Shown here: positions 36,860-48,676 of the stretch, one piece after another | Layout of the letters: the number at the start of each line of letters is the position of its first letter | How positions within the stretch are numbered: position 1 is the first letter of the stretch | DNA from: an uncultured Candidatus Saccharibacteria bacterium | GTDB taxonomy: Bacteria; Patescibacteriota; JAQUNI01 | DNA length: 64,000 nucleotides | NCBI GenBank assembly: GCA_964555185.1 | Contig: CAZKRD010000001.1 | Location: 239,272-303,271 of the forward strand | Direction of reading: 5' to 3' | Made by a program: the position numbers and the translations under genes | The notes under the pieces: generated by a model | What the model was told of the DNA's origin: nothing | Databases searched by the model: none | What the model saw: only the letters and a program-made list of their open reading frames with translations

Positions 36860-37627
36860 ATGAAAATATCTAAACGTCAAAACAAAATATTAAAGGCGAT
36901 TATTCGCGAATACATTGCAACTGCAAAAGCTGTTTCTTCTGAAAGGCTTGTTAAGAAATATAGTTTTAAGATTTCGTCAGCAACCATGCGCAATGAGATG
37001 GTGGTTTTAGAAGAAGCGGGATTCATTGAACATCTTCACACTTCAGCCGGCAGAATTCCTACAGACAAAGGCTATCGCTATTTTGTTGACAACTTGATGC
37101 GCGAACGCAGTCTTTCTAAAGCTGAACAAAAAAAACTAACCTTGGAGCTTTTGAAGACCAAAGCAGCGCATAACAAGCTTTTGCGCCGCACTACTCAACT
37201 TTTATCTGAATTAACCGGCGGGGTCGCGCTTGCGAGTATTTTAGATGAAGGAATTTTCTTTGATTCGGGGTTGCGGAAATTGTTAGAGGAGCCGGAATTT
37301 GCTGAAAAAGAGCCAGTCTATGAAATGGCCCAGATTATGGATTCGATTGATGAACATATTCAGGATTTGGCAGAGCACAATCGTGATTTAGAGGTCTATA
37401 TTGGCGAAGAGAATCCATTATGCGATGTCCAGGAATGCGCGACGATTGTTTCCCGTTTTCGCTTACCGTCAGGTGAGAAAGGAATTATTGCCTTGATTGG
37501 TCCCAAACGGATGCGCTATGCCCGGAACATGTCTGTGCTTGATTATCTTTCTAAATTTTTAAGCGGGAGCCTTGGCGCGTTCTTGCTGGTTGGGGGTTCT
37601 GATATTCTATCTAATTATTTAGCTTAA
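36860..37627 (+). CDS. hrcA: Heat-inducible repressor HrcA (short form)
   Basis: SSATMRNEM, HTSAGRIPTDKGYRYFVD, IGPKRMRY. Confidence 0.93.
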   Translation: MKISKRQNKILKAIIREYIATAKAVSSERLVKKYSFKISSATMRNEMVVLEEAGFIEHLHTSAGRIPTDKGYRYFVDNLMRERSLSKAEQKKLTLELLKTKAAHNKLLRRTTQLLSELTGGVALASILDEGIFFDSGLRKLLEEPEFAEKEPVYEMAQIMDSIDEHIQDLAEHNRDLEVYIGEENPLCDVQECATIVSRFRLPSGEKGIIALIGPKRMRYARNMSVLDYLSKFLSGSLGAFLLVGGSDILSNYLA

Positions 37628-37709
37628 TTATGGATTATGCTAGTTATTCCACCCCTTGAATGAGCTGTAAAATACTTTTAGAAAAAGCCAATGTTTCGGG
37701 CCAACACCT

Positions 37710-37846
37710 GTCATTCCCGCGAAAGCGGGAATCAGAGATTTTGCTTACTCTAAAACCTGGATCCCCGATCCCTCCTTCGCTGCCTCCTTCGCTGAAGCTT
37801 CGAAGGCCAGGAAAGCTACGGACGGGCACAGCAAGTCGGGGATGAC
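37710..37846. repeat. GTCATTCCCGCGAAAGCGGGAATC...CGGGGATGAC element with nested insertions
   Basis: Un-inserted right arm present at about 28850-28878. Confidence 0.7.
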
Positions 37847-37892
37847 AAAGGGCTTAAAATCAGGGTTTTAACTACCACAATTCATCTTAATT

Positions 37893-38363
37893 ATGAATAA
37901 GAAAGTAAAAGATAAAGATAAAGAAATTTTAAAATACAAAAAGCTTTGTAAGGAGCATTTAGACGGCTGGAAGCGGGAGCGGGCCGCGTTTGAGAATTTT
38001 CGCAAGCGGACGGAGAAAAGGAATTTGAGTTTGATTAAGTTTGCTAATGAAGAGCTTTTGGTTAAAATCCTGCCGGTTTTGGACAATTTCGAGCAAGCGC
38101 TAAAGCATATCCCGAAAGGGTGGGAAAAAACCAGCTGGACAGATGGGATCAAGCAGATTCAAAAATATTTTAAGGATGTTTTAGAAAGTGCGGGCTTAAC
38201 TGAAGTGAATGTAAAACGCGGAGACAAATTTGATCCTTGTTTTTGCGAGGCTTTGGAAAAGAAAGGCAAGAATAAAAAAGAGTGCAAGATTGCAGAGATT
38301 TTGCAAAAAGGGTATGAGTTAAATGGTAAGGTAGTAAGGCCAGCCAGGGTCAGGGTTCATTAG
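37893..38363 (+). CDS. grpE: Nucleotide exchange factor GrpE
   Basis: AAFENFRKR, ILPVLDNFE, FDP, QKGY.LNGKVVRPARV. Confidence 0.93.
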   Translation: MNKKVKDKDKEILKYKKLCKEHLDGWKRERAAFENFRKRTEKRNLSLIKFANEELLVKILPVLDNFEQALKHIPKGWEKTSWTDGIKQIQKYFKDVLESAGLTEVNVKRGDKFDPCFCEALEKKGKNKKECKIAEILQKGYELNGKVVRPARVRVH

Positions 38364-38511
38364 TCTTATGATATCTGGCCTGAACCTTTTTAGGGTTCGG
38401 GCGATTGGAAAGTGATCTTGAGTGCTCAATTTGAGGGGCCTCAGGATCACTCTCTGATCCCAATTAAGCAATTCATTTAATAATAACTTGGAGTACGAAG
38501 TTTCATTGTAG

Positions 38512-40470
<1,959 letters not shown>

Positions 40471-40654
40471 ATTATTGTTCGTGTGTCGGAATTATGTTCT
40501 TCAATTATATCTTGATATATCCCGCCAGAGCTTCAATGAAGGCTTAGGCGGGCAATCAAGGTATAAAATATCCTTGAAATAAAACAAAATGGGCCTCGTG
40601 CCAAAACCAAACCATTAAATATGGTAGGGTTTTGGTTAATAATTTTTAAAAACC

Positions 40655-41065
40655 ATGAAAAACAAAAAAATACATAAGGATCAATATTTATTGCGCTTAG
40701 AGCGCGGTGAGGAGATTGTAAAAACCGTGGAGGGTTTTTTAAAGAAAGAGAGAATTGAAAGCGGGATGCTTTGGGGTTTAGGCGCAGTGGATTATGCTAA
40801 GCTAGCCCACTACCGTGTGGATAAAAAAGAGTATTCAGAAAAAGAGTTCAACGAGCCATTAGAGATTGCGAGTCTTTCAGCGACAATCACCAAAGAAGGG
40901 ATCCATGCTCACATTGTCTTGAGCGATAGTGAAATGCGCACATACGGCGGCCATTTGAAAGAAGCTAAGATTGCGGCAACTGGAGAGATTATTATAAGGA
41001 AAGGAGAGGCTTCAATTTCGCGCAAACATTCAGAAGAGATTGGGTTGAATCTGTTAAATATTTAA
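40655..41065 (+). CDS. PPC-domain (DUF296) protein
   Basis: RLERGEE, GLGAV, HAHIVLS, YGGHL. Confidence 0.85.
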   Translation: MKNKKIHKDQYLLRLERGEEIVKTVEGFLKKERIESGMLWGLGAVDYAKLAHYRVDKKEYSEKEFNEPLEIASLSATITKEGIHAHIVLSDSEMRTYGGHLKEAKIAATGEIIIRKGEASISRKHSEEIGLNLLNI

Positions 41066-41067
41066 AT

Positions 41068-42225
41068 ATGAAAGATTATTATAGTATTCTTGGCGTCTCT
41101 AAAGGGGCGAGCCAGAAGGAGGTCAAAGCGGCTTTTCGAAAATTGGCGCACGAGTGTCATCCAGATAAGAATGGCGGAGGAAACGAGGAAAAGTTTAAAG
41201 AGATAAATGAAGCTTATCAAGTTTTGTCTAACCCTAAGAAGCGCCAACAGTACGATCAATTCGGAACAACTTTTGACCAAGCCGGAGCCGGAGGCAGAGG
41301 CGCTGGTTTTTCTGGTTTTGATTCTAACAATTTTCGTCAAGGGGCTGCGCAAGGCTTTAATGTTAATTTTGAAGATTTTGATTTGGGCGATATTTTTTCG
41401 AATATGTTTGGCTTTGGTTCTCGTTCCAGATCGCGTTCAAGACAAGCTTCTAAAGGAGCTGATATCCAAGTTAATTTGAACTTAGATTTTGACAAAGTCT
41501 TTACTGGTTCCGAGGAGAATTTGAGAATAATGAAGCAGGTCCAGTGTCCCCGCTGCAAGGGCAGAGGAGCAGAGCCTCGGACTAAGATTACAGAATGTAA
41601 GATTTGCGGAGGGACCGGTCGGGTTAAAAGGATGAGACAAACTATTTTGGGAACATTCTCCCAGGCCACGGTTTGTCCAGAGTGTGAAGGAGAAGGCAAG
41701 AAAATAAACCATCCCTGTACAAGCTGCGGCGCCTCTGGCAGGATTCGAGAGAATGAAGAGATTAAGGTCAGGATTCCGGCCGGTATCCGCGATGGACAGA
41801 CAATTCGGCTCGCAGGCAGAGGTGAAGCGGGTGTACGCGGGGCTCAATCTGGAGATTTGTATTTAAAAATCAGGGTTAAGCCCTCGGACTATTTTAAACG
41901 AGAAGGGGATGATGTTAAGACTGAACTGCCGATTTCTTTTGCCCAGGCCGCGGTTGGCGGGGAAGCAATTGTCCGCACTTGGAATGGAGAAGTGAAATTA
42001 AAAATCCCTCAAGGAACCCAGAGCGGTAAAATTCTTAAACTCACAGGCAAAGGGATTCCGCGGATGAACGGCCGCGGAAGCGGTGATCACTTAGTTAACG
42101 TTTATATTGTTACGCCAGAGCGTCTCTCTCGCCGGGAAAAAGAATTGTTCCAAGAGCTTCAAGCAGAGGGCGGCGAAACAGCGCGGGTCTCTCAAGGAAA
42201 GAAGGGATTCTGGAAATTTTTTTAG
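41068..42225 (+). CDS. dnaJ: Chaperone DnaJ
   Basis: J-domain HPD, G/F region, four CxxCxGxG repeats. Confidence 0.97.
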   Translation: MKDYYSILGVSKGASQKEVKAAFRKLAHECHPDKNGGGNEEKFKEINEAYQVLSNPKKRQQYDQFGTTFDQAGAGGRGAGFSGFDSNNFRQGAAQGFNVNFEDFDLGDIFSNMFGFGSRSRSRSRQASKGADIQVNLNLDFDKVFTGSEENLRIMKQVQCPRCKGRGAEPRTKITECKICGGTGRVKRMRQTILGTFSQATVCPECEGEGKKINHPCTSCGASGRIRENEEIKVRIPAGIRDGQTIRLAGRGEAGVRGAQSGDLYLKIRVKPSDYFKREGDDVKTELPISFAQAAVGGEAIVRTWNGEVKLKIPQGTQSGKILKLTGKGIPRMNGRGSGDHLVNVYIVTPERLSRREKELFQELQAEGGETARVSQGKKGFWKFF

Positions 42226-42273
42226 ATTTATAGTATAATAGAAGAGCTTTGATTTTAATATAAAAACAAAAAT

Positions 42274-42783
42274 ATGTTAGGTATTGGGGACTTTTTAATC
42301 ATTTTGTTCTTAGTGGTTGGCGCCGGCTATGGGTTTATTTTCAGAAAAGGTCAGATTGTGGTTCTGTTTGTGTCGAGCTACATCAGCTTTGTCGTGGTTT
42401 CAGAATTAGGGGTTAAGTTTTTTAGTTTTTTGGATAAGGTGGCCCGAGTCGGTCAGTATGGGGCCTGGATGGAGTCTTTGGTGAAGATTGTTTTGTTTTT
42501 GATAATTATGGTTATCTTAGCGATTTGGGGTGAATATTTGTCCGCAACTTCAGGTAAAAAAGGTTTGTTCAATTTGATTCTGTCTGGTGTTTATGGTTTT
42601 TTGCTGGCGACAATGCTTTTGTCAATTGTTAGTCTTTTCTTGAGTCCAGAATTAGAAATTAAAATCCTGGCTCTCTCTCGGTTGTCTCCTTATATCATTT
42701 TTTACCGGATTTGGTGGTTTTTCATCCCCGCCGTCTTGATGTTTATTTTCGGATTCTGGTTAACAAAAAAGAAGAAAAAGTAA
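42274..42783 (+). CDS. CvpA-like membrane protein
   Basis: Highly hydrophobic, 4-5 TMs, D.lii..GYG start. Confidence 0.55.
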   Translation: MLGIGDFLIILFLVVGAGYGFIFRKGQIVVLFVSSYISFVVVSELGVKFFSFLDKVARVGQYGAWMESLVKIVLFLIIMVILAIWGEYLSATSGKKGLFNLILSGVYGFLLATMLLSIVSLFLSPELEIKILALSRLSPYIIFYRIWWFFIPAVLMFIFGFWLTKKKKK

Positions 42784-42869
42784 GTTGTCTTGATTAGAGT
42801 AGGGGCGCGCCCCGCCTGATATTTTGACAAAGGTCATTTTTTTTGTATAATCAAGAAAGTAATCTTTCC

Positions 42870-42943
42870 GGGTGTATAGCTCAGCTAGGTAGAGCAGCTC
42901 CCTTTTAAGGAGAAGGTCGGGGGTTCGATTCCCTCTGCACCCA
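42870..42943 (+). tRNA. tRNA-Lys (TTT)
   Basis: Acceptor GGGTGTA/TGCACCC, anticodon loop CTTTTAA, GGTTCGATTCC T-arm; TTGACA..TATAAT upstream. Confidence 0.92.
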
Positions 42944-43050
42944 CGAAATTAATTTTTGATTTCTAATTTTTAAACAATTTTTGATTGTTTATTTTTTGAT
43001 TTTCAGGGAAATAAAAAAGGAAGAGGTTTGAACACTCTTCCAAAATAGGG

Positions 43051-46000
43051 TTAAGCCTCGCACCATTCTCTGGCATTTTGAAACATCTGGAGCCAGGGTG
43101 AGGCTTCGGGTTCCCAGCCTTCTGGCCGATAGGACCATTGCCAGAGTTTAAAGAGCCTTTCGTGATGAGCCATCGTTGCCAGATGCCGGCCATCAGGCGA
43201 GCACAAGGCGGTAGTGCCGTAAGGCGAACCATTGGGGTTGAATGGGTATTCCTCGGTTGGTTTCCCTTGATCATCCACAAAGACAAGAGGAGCAAGCCGC
43301 TGTTTTCTAATCTGAACTAGGATCTCTGGGTTTGGACAGAAGAGCTTACCTTCGCCATGGGCGACCCAAATTCCCAATCTAGATCCTGCCATGCCCTCGA
43401 ACATAATCGCAGGGCTCTTCTGGATTTCAACTGTTACCCAACGGGATTCAAATTTTCCTGAAGAGTTACGGCCTGAAGAGTTACGGATAAAGCGGGGTTG
43501 TTCAGTCTCGGGAATTCCAGGCCAAGGCACCCAGCCAAGAAGTGCCATCAATTGACAGCCATTACAGACACCCAAAGAGAAGGTATCTTCGCGTCTATAA
43601 AAACGGTCAAACATTTTTCTTAATTTCGGGTTAAAGAGAATCGTTCCAGCCCAGCCCTTTCCAGCATCTAGAACATCAGCATAAGAGAACCCGCCAGGGA
43701 AGGCTATCCCCCTGAATCGTTCGAGGTTAGCTTTGCCAGAAAGCAGGTCTGTCATTGCGACATCGCAAGGGTCAAGGCCAGCCGCAAAGAAAGCAGCAGC
43801 CATTTCGCGGTCGCCATTACATCCTTCCTCGCGCAGAATCGCCACCATTGGTTTCTGTTTAGCCCTTAAAATCCGGGGAGGTGTTTCGCGTGGCTTAAAC
43901 TTGAGAACATAGGGAGGGATTGGTCTCCCATGGGTCTCTGCTTGATGGCGAGCAAGCTCAAGATTCATTTGAGACTCTTCCAGCTTATCACTGGTTGCTT
44001 CCCACCAATCGAGCAATACTTTTGTTTCAATATCCAGAACTGTTTTTTTGCCGTTTTGGGTGACTACTCTTGGTTCCTTTTTAGTTTGCCCTATTTTCAT
44101 CGAGGGAACATTGTGGTCTTTCAAGATGGCCGAGATTTCCCCCCAATTTGCAGGTAAATACTCGATCGCTAGCCCCAATTCCTCGCTAAAGAGAGTAGAG
44201 AGGAAGGAGATTGCATCTTCTTGGCGAGGCAGAGCAAGATCAATGCCGCAGTTACCGGCCATTGCCATTTCACCAAAGGTAGTGATTAAGCCTCCGTCAC
44301 TTCGGTCATGACCAGCTAAGATTAACCCTTGGTCGATCATTTCCTGCACGGCTCGGAGACCGCGCATCAGGAGATCAGGGTTTTCAACATCAGGAACCTC
44401 ATCGCCGACTTGACTGCAAGTTTGGGCAAGCGCTGATCCGCCCATGCGAGTTTTACCTTCTGCCAGATCAATAAAGAGGAGAAGACTTTCTCCGGGTCGT
44501 TTAATATCCGGCGTGGCTTTTTTCCTGATATCCGGCATTGGAGCAAAAGCCGAGATTACGACTTGGAGCGGTCCTTTGACAATTTCGTCTACAACCTTAG
44601 CTGCCATTGAGGTGCTGTCTTTGCCGCCAATACCCCCAATCCCTATTTTGATCATCAGATCAGAAAGCGCTTCTACTGCATCCCATAGAGCAGCGCCTTC
44701 ACCAGGCAGTCTTGGAGCACACATCCAATTAATCAGGAGTTTAATGTGCCTAAGGTCGCTCAGCTTAGCCCAAACAATATTAGTTAGGGCTTCGGCTAGA
44801 GCCATCCGTGCGCCTGCTTTTGGATCAACAAGTACTTTCCAGGGTTGCTCGCCAAGCGCTTTTGCTGTACCGGTTAGCCCAAAGTAGGCGTGGGCATCGA
44901 TAGCAAAGTCAGAAACCGGTAGTTGTAGCGGACCGCAGCATTGTTGCTGGGCAGTTTTGCCTTTGACACTGCGGTCAGCCTTGTGAATCAAGTATCCTTT
45001 CGAACCTACAGAAGGTAAGGCAAAGATGCGTTTGAGCGCTTCTTTGATAGAGAGATCAGGAGGAAGCTCCAAGGGCTTTAAGCTTCGCGGGATTCGTTCA
45101 AACTCAAAGGTTTTTCGAGGGATACTGGTTAATACTTTATCAAGAGGAAGATCAACCGGCGTAGAGTCATCATTGCGGTCATGAACAACAATTCGTCCAT
45201 CACCGGTAATTTCCCCAAGGATCTCGCAGTTAACATTTTCTCGCTCGCAGATTGCTTGGAACTCTGCTATGCGATTGGGAGCGATCACGAGAGCATTACT
45301 TTCTTGGTATTCTGCCACCCAGATTTCAAGGACAGACATGGTCTGATCGCCAAGTTTTATTTTTCTGATTTCAACCCTACCTCCGGCTGGGTCAACTAAT
45401 TCGGTGATAACATTGCAAGGGCCACCTGCTCCTTGATCGTGAATACTTAGGATCGGATTGCGGCTGCCCATTTCAACGCAGGTACGGACGACTCGGTCCA
45501 GTTTTTGTCCCATTTCTGCGTTCCCACGCTGCACAGCGCTCCGATCTAAATCTTCTGTATTCTCTCCTTGCATCATACTGGAAGCAGAGCTGCCGCCAAG
45601 ACCAATGCGGTAGCCCGGGCCACCGAATCGGACAATCAATCTACCAGGTTCAAGTTCTGCTTTTTGAAGATGAGCGTTGTCCATGAGGCCAGTACCAGTA
45701 ATGAACATAATTGGTTTTACTAATTCACGACGTTCGCCACCAGGCAAAGCTACTCCTCCGGTTCGGACAAAGCCTGCGGTCAGTGGTATGCCAAATTCAT
45801 TACCATAATTTGAAGCACCATTGCTTGCCTCAATTAGTATTTTTAGAGGAGAAGCAAGATTCGGGGGGTAGGCCCAGGAGGGATTTTCACCAGGGATTGG
45901 ATATCCGGGGAGTTTCAGGTTCCCAACACCGTATCCTGCTGTGATTGAGGTAGGAAGCCCACCGCAGCCTACTGCTTGGCTGTCGCGGATCCAGCCACCA

Positions 46001-46872
46001 GCGCCAGTCCCTGCTCCTTCATAGGGCTCAACCCCTGTTGGGAAGTTATGGGTTTCAGCATTAGCTGTGGGGTGGTAGATACGGTTTCTCAAACAGAAGG
46101 GAGAAGGGAGTCCAGGTGTTCTCGGGACAAAGGCAGAGATAGAATAACCGGCAATAACGCTCGCATTATCCTCAAAGCCAGTAAGAGTATTACCAGGCGA
46201 GAGGAGCCAGGGAGCCCTGATTAGGTCTAGGAGGCTTTTAGGCATTACCTCGCCGTCGATTATAATTATCCCTTTGAAAAGCCAGTGCTGTGCGTGGTCA
46301 CTATTCATTTGTCCTAACTGAAAAAGTTCAACATCAGTGGAGTCACGGCCTAAGATTTGGACAAAGAGATTACAGTAGAATTCGATATCCCATGTGTCCA
46401 TACCCAGGCCCATTTCACGGTTTATTGCCTCCAGAGCACCCATTCCTTTTTTAAGGAGGGGGATAATACGGACTTTTTCTGGCACCACATCAAGCGCAAA
46501 CGTTTGCATGGGTTCTGGATAGACACATTCGGTCATCCGGTCGCAGTGTACAGCAATAAATTCTACTTGATTCGCACCAGATGGCAGCAGATAGCGGCGA
46601 GATCGTTCCAGGCGCGTTACTTGAGAGAGGCCGCAGGCATGACAGATCGCAACCGCATTTGTAGAATAAGCAGTTTCGAAACTCAAGCGCGGACCGATCT
46701 CAACTACTCTTCCGCTAAGGAAAGATTCGTTTCCAATTTTTTTTGGTTCAAAGGTTTCAGCCAAGAGCCACTCGAGCACTTTTAATTCTTTAGGAGAGAG
46801 CGAACTAGAAGTTTCTACATAGAAACAGTATTCCAACAAAGGATTGATCAAACGATAGAATTTTAACAGCAT
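43051..46872 (-). CDS. purL: Large-type phosphoribosylformylglycinamidine synthase
   Basis: ETHNFPT, IHDQGAGG, GGKDS, GHDRSDGG, GGFSYAD, GVCNGCQ and HHER; fused GATase, 1273 aa. Confidence 0.93.
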   Translation of the reverse strand: MLLKFYRLINPLLEYCFYVETSSSLSPKELKVLEWLLAETFEPKKIGNESFLSGRVVEIGPRLSFETAYSTNAVAICHACGLSQVTRLERSRRYLLPSGANQVEFIAVHCDRMTECVYPEPMQTFALDVVPEKVRIIPLLKKGMGALEAINREMGLGMDTWDIEFYCNLFVQILGRDSTDVELFQLGQMNSDHAQHWLFKGIIIIDGEVMPKSLLDLIRAPWLLSPGNTLTGFEDNASVIAGYSISAFVPRTPGLPSPFCLRNRIYHPTANAETHNFPTGVEPYEGAGTGAGGWIRDSQAVGCGGLPTSITAGYGVGNLKLPGYPIPGENPSWAYPPNLASPLKILIEASNGASNYGNEFGIPLTAGFVRTGGVALPGGERRELVKPIMFITGTGLMDNAHLQKAELEPGRLIVRFGGPGYRIGLGGSSASSMMQGENTEDLDRSAVQRGNAEMGQKLDRVVRTCVEMGSRNPILSIHDQGAGGPCNVITELVDPAGGRVEIRKIKLGDQTMSVLEIWVAEYQESNALVIAPNRIAEFQAICERENVNCEILGEITGDGRIVVHDRNDDSTPVDLPLDKVLTSIPRKTFEFERIPRSLKPLELPPDLSIKEALKRIFALPSVGSKGYLIHKADRSVKGKTAQQQCCGPLQLPVSDFAIDAHAYFGLTGTAKALGEQPWKVLVDPKAGARMALAEALTNIVWAKLSDLRHIKLLINWMCAPRLPGEGAALWDAVEALSDLMIKIGIGGIGGKDSTSMAAKVVDEIVKGPLQVVISAFAPMPDIRKKATPDIKRPGESLLLFIDLAEGKTRMGGSALAQTCSQVGDEVPDVENPDLLMRGLRAVQEMIDQGLILAGHDRSDGGLITTFGEMAMAGNCGIDLALPRQEDAISFLSTLFSEELGLAIEYLPANWGEISAILKDHNVPSMKIGQTKKEPRVVTQNGKKTVLDIETKVLLDWWEATSDKLEESQMNLELARHQAETHGRPIPPYVLKFKPRETPPRILRAKQKPMVAILREEGCNGDREMAAAFFAAGLDPCDVAMTDLLSGKANLERFRGIAFPGGFSYADVLDAGKGWAGTILFNPKLRKMFDRFYRREDTFSLGVCNGCQLMALLGWVPWPGIPETEQPRFIRNSSGRNSSGKFESRWVTVEIQKSPAIMFEGMAGSRLGIWVAHGEGKLFCPNPEILVQIRKQRLAPLVFVDDQGKPTEEYPFNPNGSPYGTTALCSPDGRHLATMAHHERLFKLWQWSYRPEGWEPEASPWLQMFQNAREWCEA

Positions 46873-47168
46873 TATCTTCCTTCCTTTCGTTTTGCTTGTA
46901 ATCCTTCAAACACTTTATCGCAATTTTGATTGCTAAAGAACATTCCAAATTTATCATTTTATTCTATTATATTTTACAAGTTTTGCCAATGTTTTATTGT
47001 ATCCACAGGCAGATTTGTTAAAAAAAGAATCCTCAAGTTGATATTGATCAAAATTGGATTCTTGGTTTTAAATTTCAGGAAAATAAGAAAAGAACTCGAG
47101 ATGCCATTAAAATTTAAGGCATTGAGTTCTTAAGAAAAGCTAGTGGGCTTAATTATTTGCCCATGACT

Positions 47169-47528
47169 TCATCGCGGAGGTCCATCAGTTCCTTCATTAC
47201 AAAATAAGGGCCGGATTTTCAGGTTCTTGATTGTTTCATCGAGGATGTCGAGCACTGTGGGCGGTCGATTGGATTCCTGTTCTCGAGTTTCGATTAGCCG
47301 CCCCAATACCCAGTCAAATCCTTGCCTTTCTTTGTCGTCTTCGTCTTCAGGAATGATACTCCCAAGCAAGACATCGCAAAGCGTTTCCAGGGTAGCGAGG
47401 GTAGTATCCCATGCTCTTGGAGTAAAGGTCGCATCTCTTTGAAAGAGACTAAGAATTTGACCGACCACATACTTATGTGGCGCTATCGGCATTGCGGTCG
47501 CAATTTCGGAATTTACTTCTAATTTCAT
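47169..47528 (-). CDS. Hypothetical protein (cassette type)
   Basis: TTGACA-17-TATAAT (47620-47592), TGCTCTTTT motif, AGGAGG SD. Confidence 0.65.
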   Translation of the reverse strand: MKLEVNSEIATAMPIAPHKYVVGQILSLFQRDATFTPRAWDTTLATLETLCDVLLGSIIPEDEDDKERQGFDWVLGRLIETREQESNRPPTVLDILDETIKNLKIRPLFCNEGTDGPPR

Positions 47529-47731
47529 GATATCCTCCTGTGGTTGAGACTATTGATAGAATAGAAAAGAGCAAACAAATTGAGAAAGGGTATTATATAA
47601 ATTAATTAGGTTCTTGTCAAAGAATTATAATTCTGTTATAGTATTTATCTGTTTTGCATTGTTCTTTTTTAGTAAATTATAATGTTATGTTGCGCTTTGG
47701 TAATTTTTGCTAGGTAGAGAGGGGGTTCCTT

Positions 47732-48166
47732 GTGTCTCGTCCGAGTCGTCATTTTGCCGCAAGTCTGATTATTTTTGGCCTATCTTATTCTCCTTCTGTT
47801 CCTTTGCTTTTTATGAGCAAGGGGATCTTGGTGCCGATATTGGTTTTTGTTTTTGGTTGCTTGATTGATCTTGATCATCTCTCGCCAAAACGGATCAGGC
47901 AATTCTTGAAAGGGCCAATTAGCTTTAATTCTCGGGCATGGGCGGACAGCACAGAGGTTGTCGGGGAACATTTGAACTCTCTGCATACTTGGCCGGCGCT
48001 AGGAGTGGTGATAATTGTTTCGATTCTCATTAACAATTATCTCCCCTTGTTTTCTTATCTTATTCATATTGGTATTGATTCTTTAACAGGATACGAAGAG
48101 TTGAACAATTGGCACGTGCCGACTGTCTTGGGCCGGCTCTGGTTTATGCTTGTTAAAGCAAAATAA
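47732..48166 (+). CDS. Membrane metal-dependent hydrolase-like (YdjM/LexA-binding-like) protein
   Basis: N-terminal His, LIDLDH, LH and HIGID motifs; hydrophobic segments. Confidence 0.6.
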   Translation: MSRPSRHFAASLIIFGLSYSPSVPLLFMSKGILVPILVFVFGCLIDLDHLSPKRIRQFLKGPISFNSRAWADSTEVVGEHLNSLHTWPALGVVIIVSILINNYLPLFSYLIHIGIDSLTGYEELNNWHVPTVLGRLWFMLVKAK

Positions 48167-48315
48167 GTTATCTTTAAACTTAAGAATTTTCAAGATAACT
48201 TTTTTATTTTTACCCTTGTCATATTTTTAATTTGTGCTAACATAGGACTTGAATGTCTTTATAAAAGACAAGTATCAAGACCTTGCCTTTTTTTCGTTTC
48301 TCAAGAAATAACCAA

Positions 48316-48630
48316 ATGTCATCAAAACAAACTTTAAGCGAAATTAAAAAGACAGAGGCGCAGGCTGAAGTCTTAGTTCGGAAAGCCAAGAAGCAAGGAG
48401 CGGCGATTTTGGAGAAAGCTAAACAGGAGGCGCAGATAAAAATAAAAAAACAAGAAGAAATCCTTTTACAAAAGAAGGAAGAGCTTCTAGGGGCAGTCAA
48501 ACAGGAGGCCCAAAAGCGAGCCGAGGCGATTTTAGAGAAGAACAAAGAAGAGATTACGAAGATTGAAAAAGAAGCGCAGGGGAACATCCCTAAAGCCGTG
48601 TCTTTTGTTTTAAGGAAAATAAGATTATAA
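48316..48630 (+). CDS. A/V-type ATPase subunit H (G)
   Basis: Lys/Glu/Ala coiled coil IKKTEAQA; first gene of the operon. Confidence 0.75.
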   Translation: MSSKQTLSEIKKTEAQAEVLVRKAKKQGAAILEKAKQEAQIKIKKQEEILLQKKEELLGAVKQEAQKRAEAILEKNKEEITKIEKEAQGNIPKAVSFVLRKIRL

Positions 48631-48676
48631 CTTTTAATTTTAAACTGCAATTCTGAGCTTTGCACCTTGAATTGAT

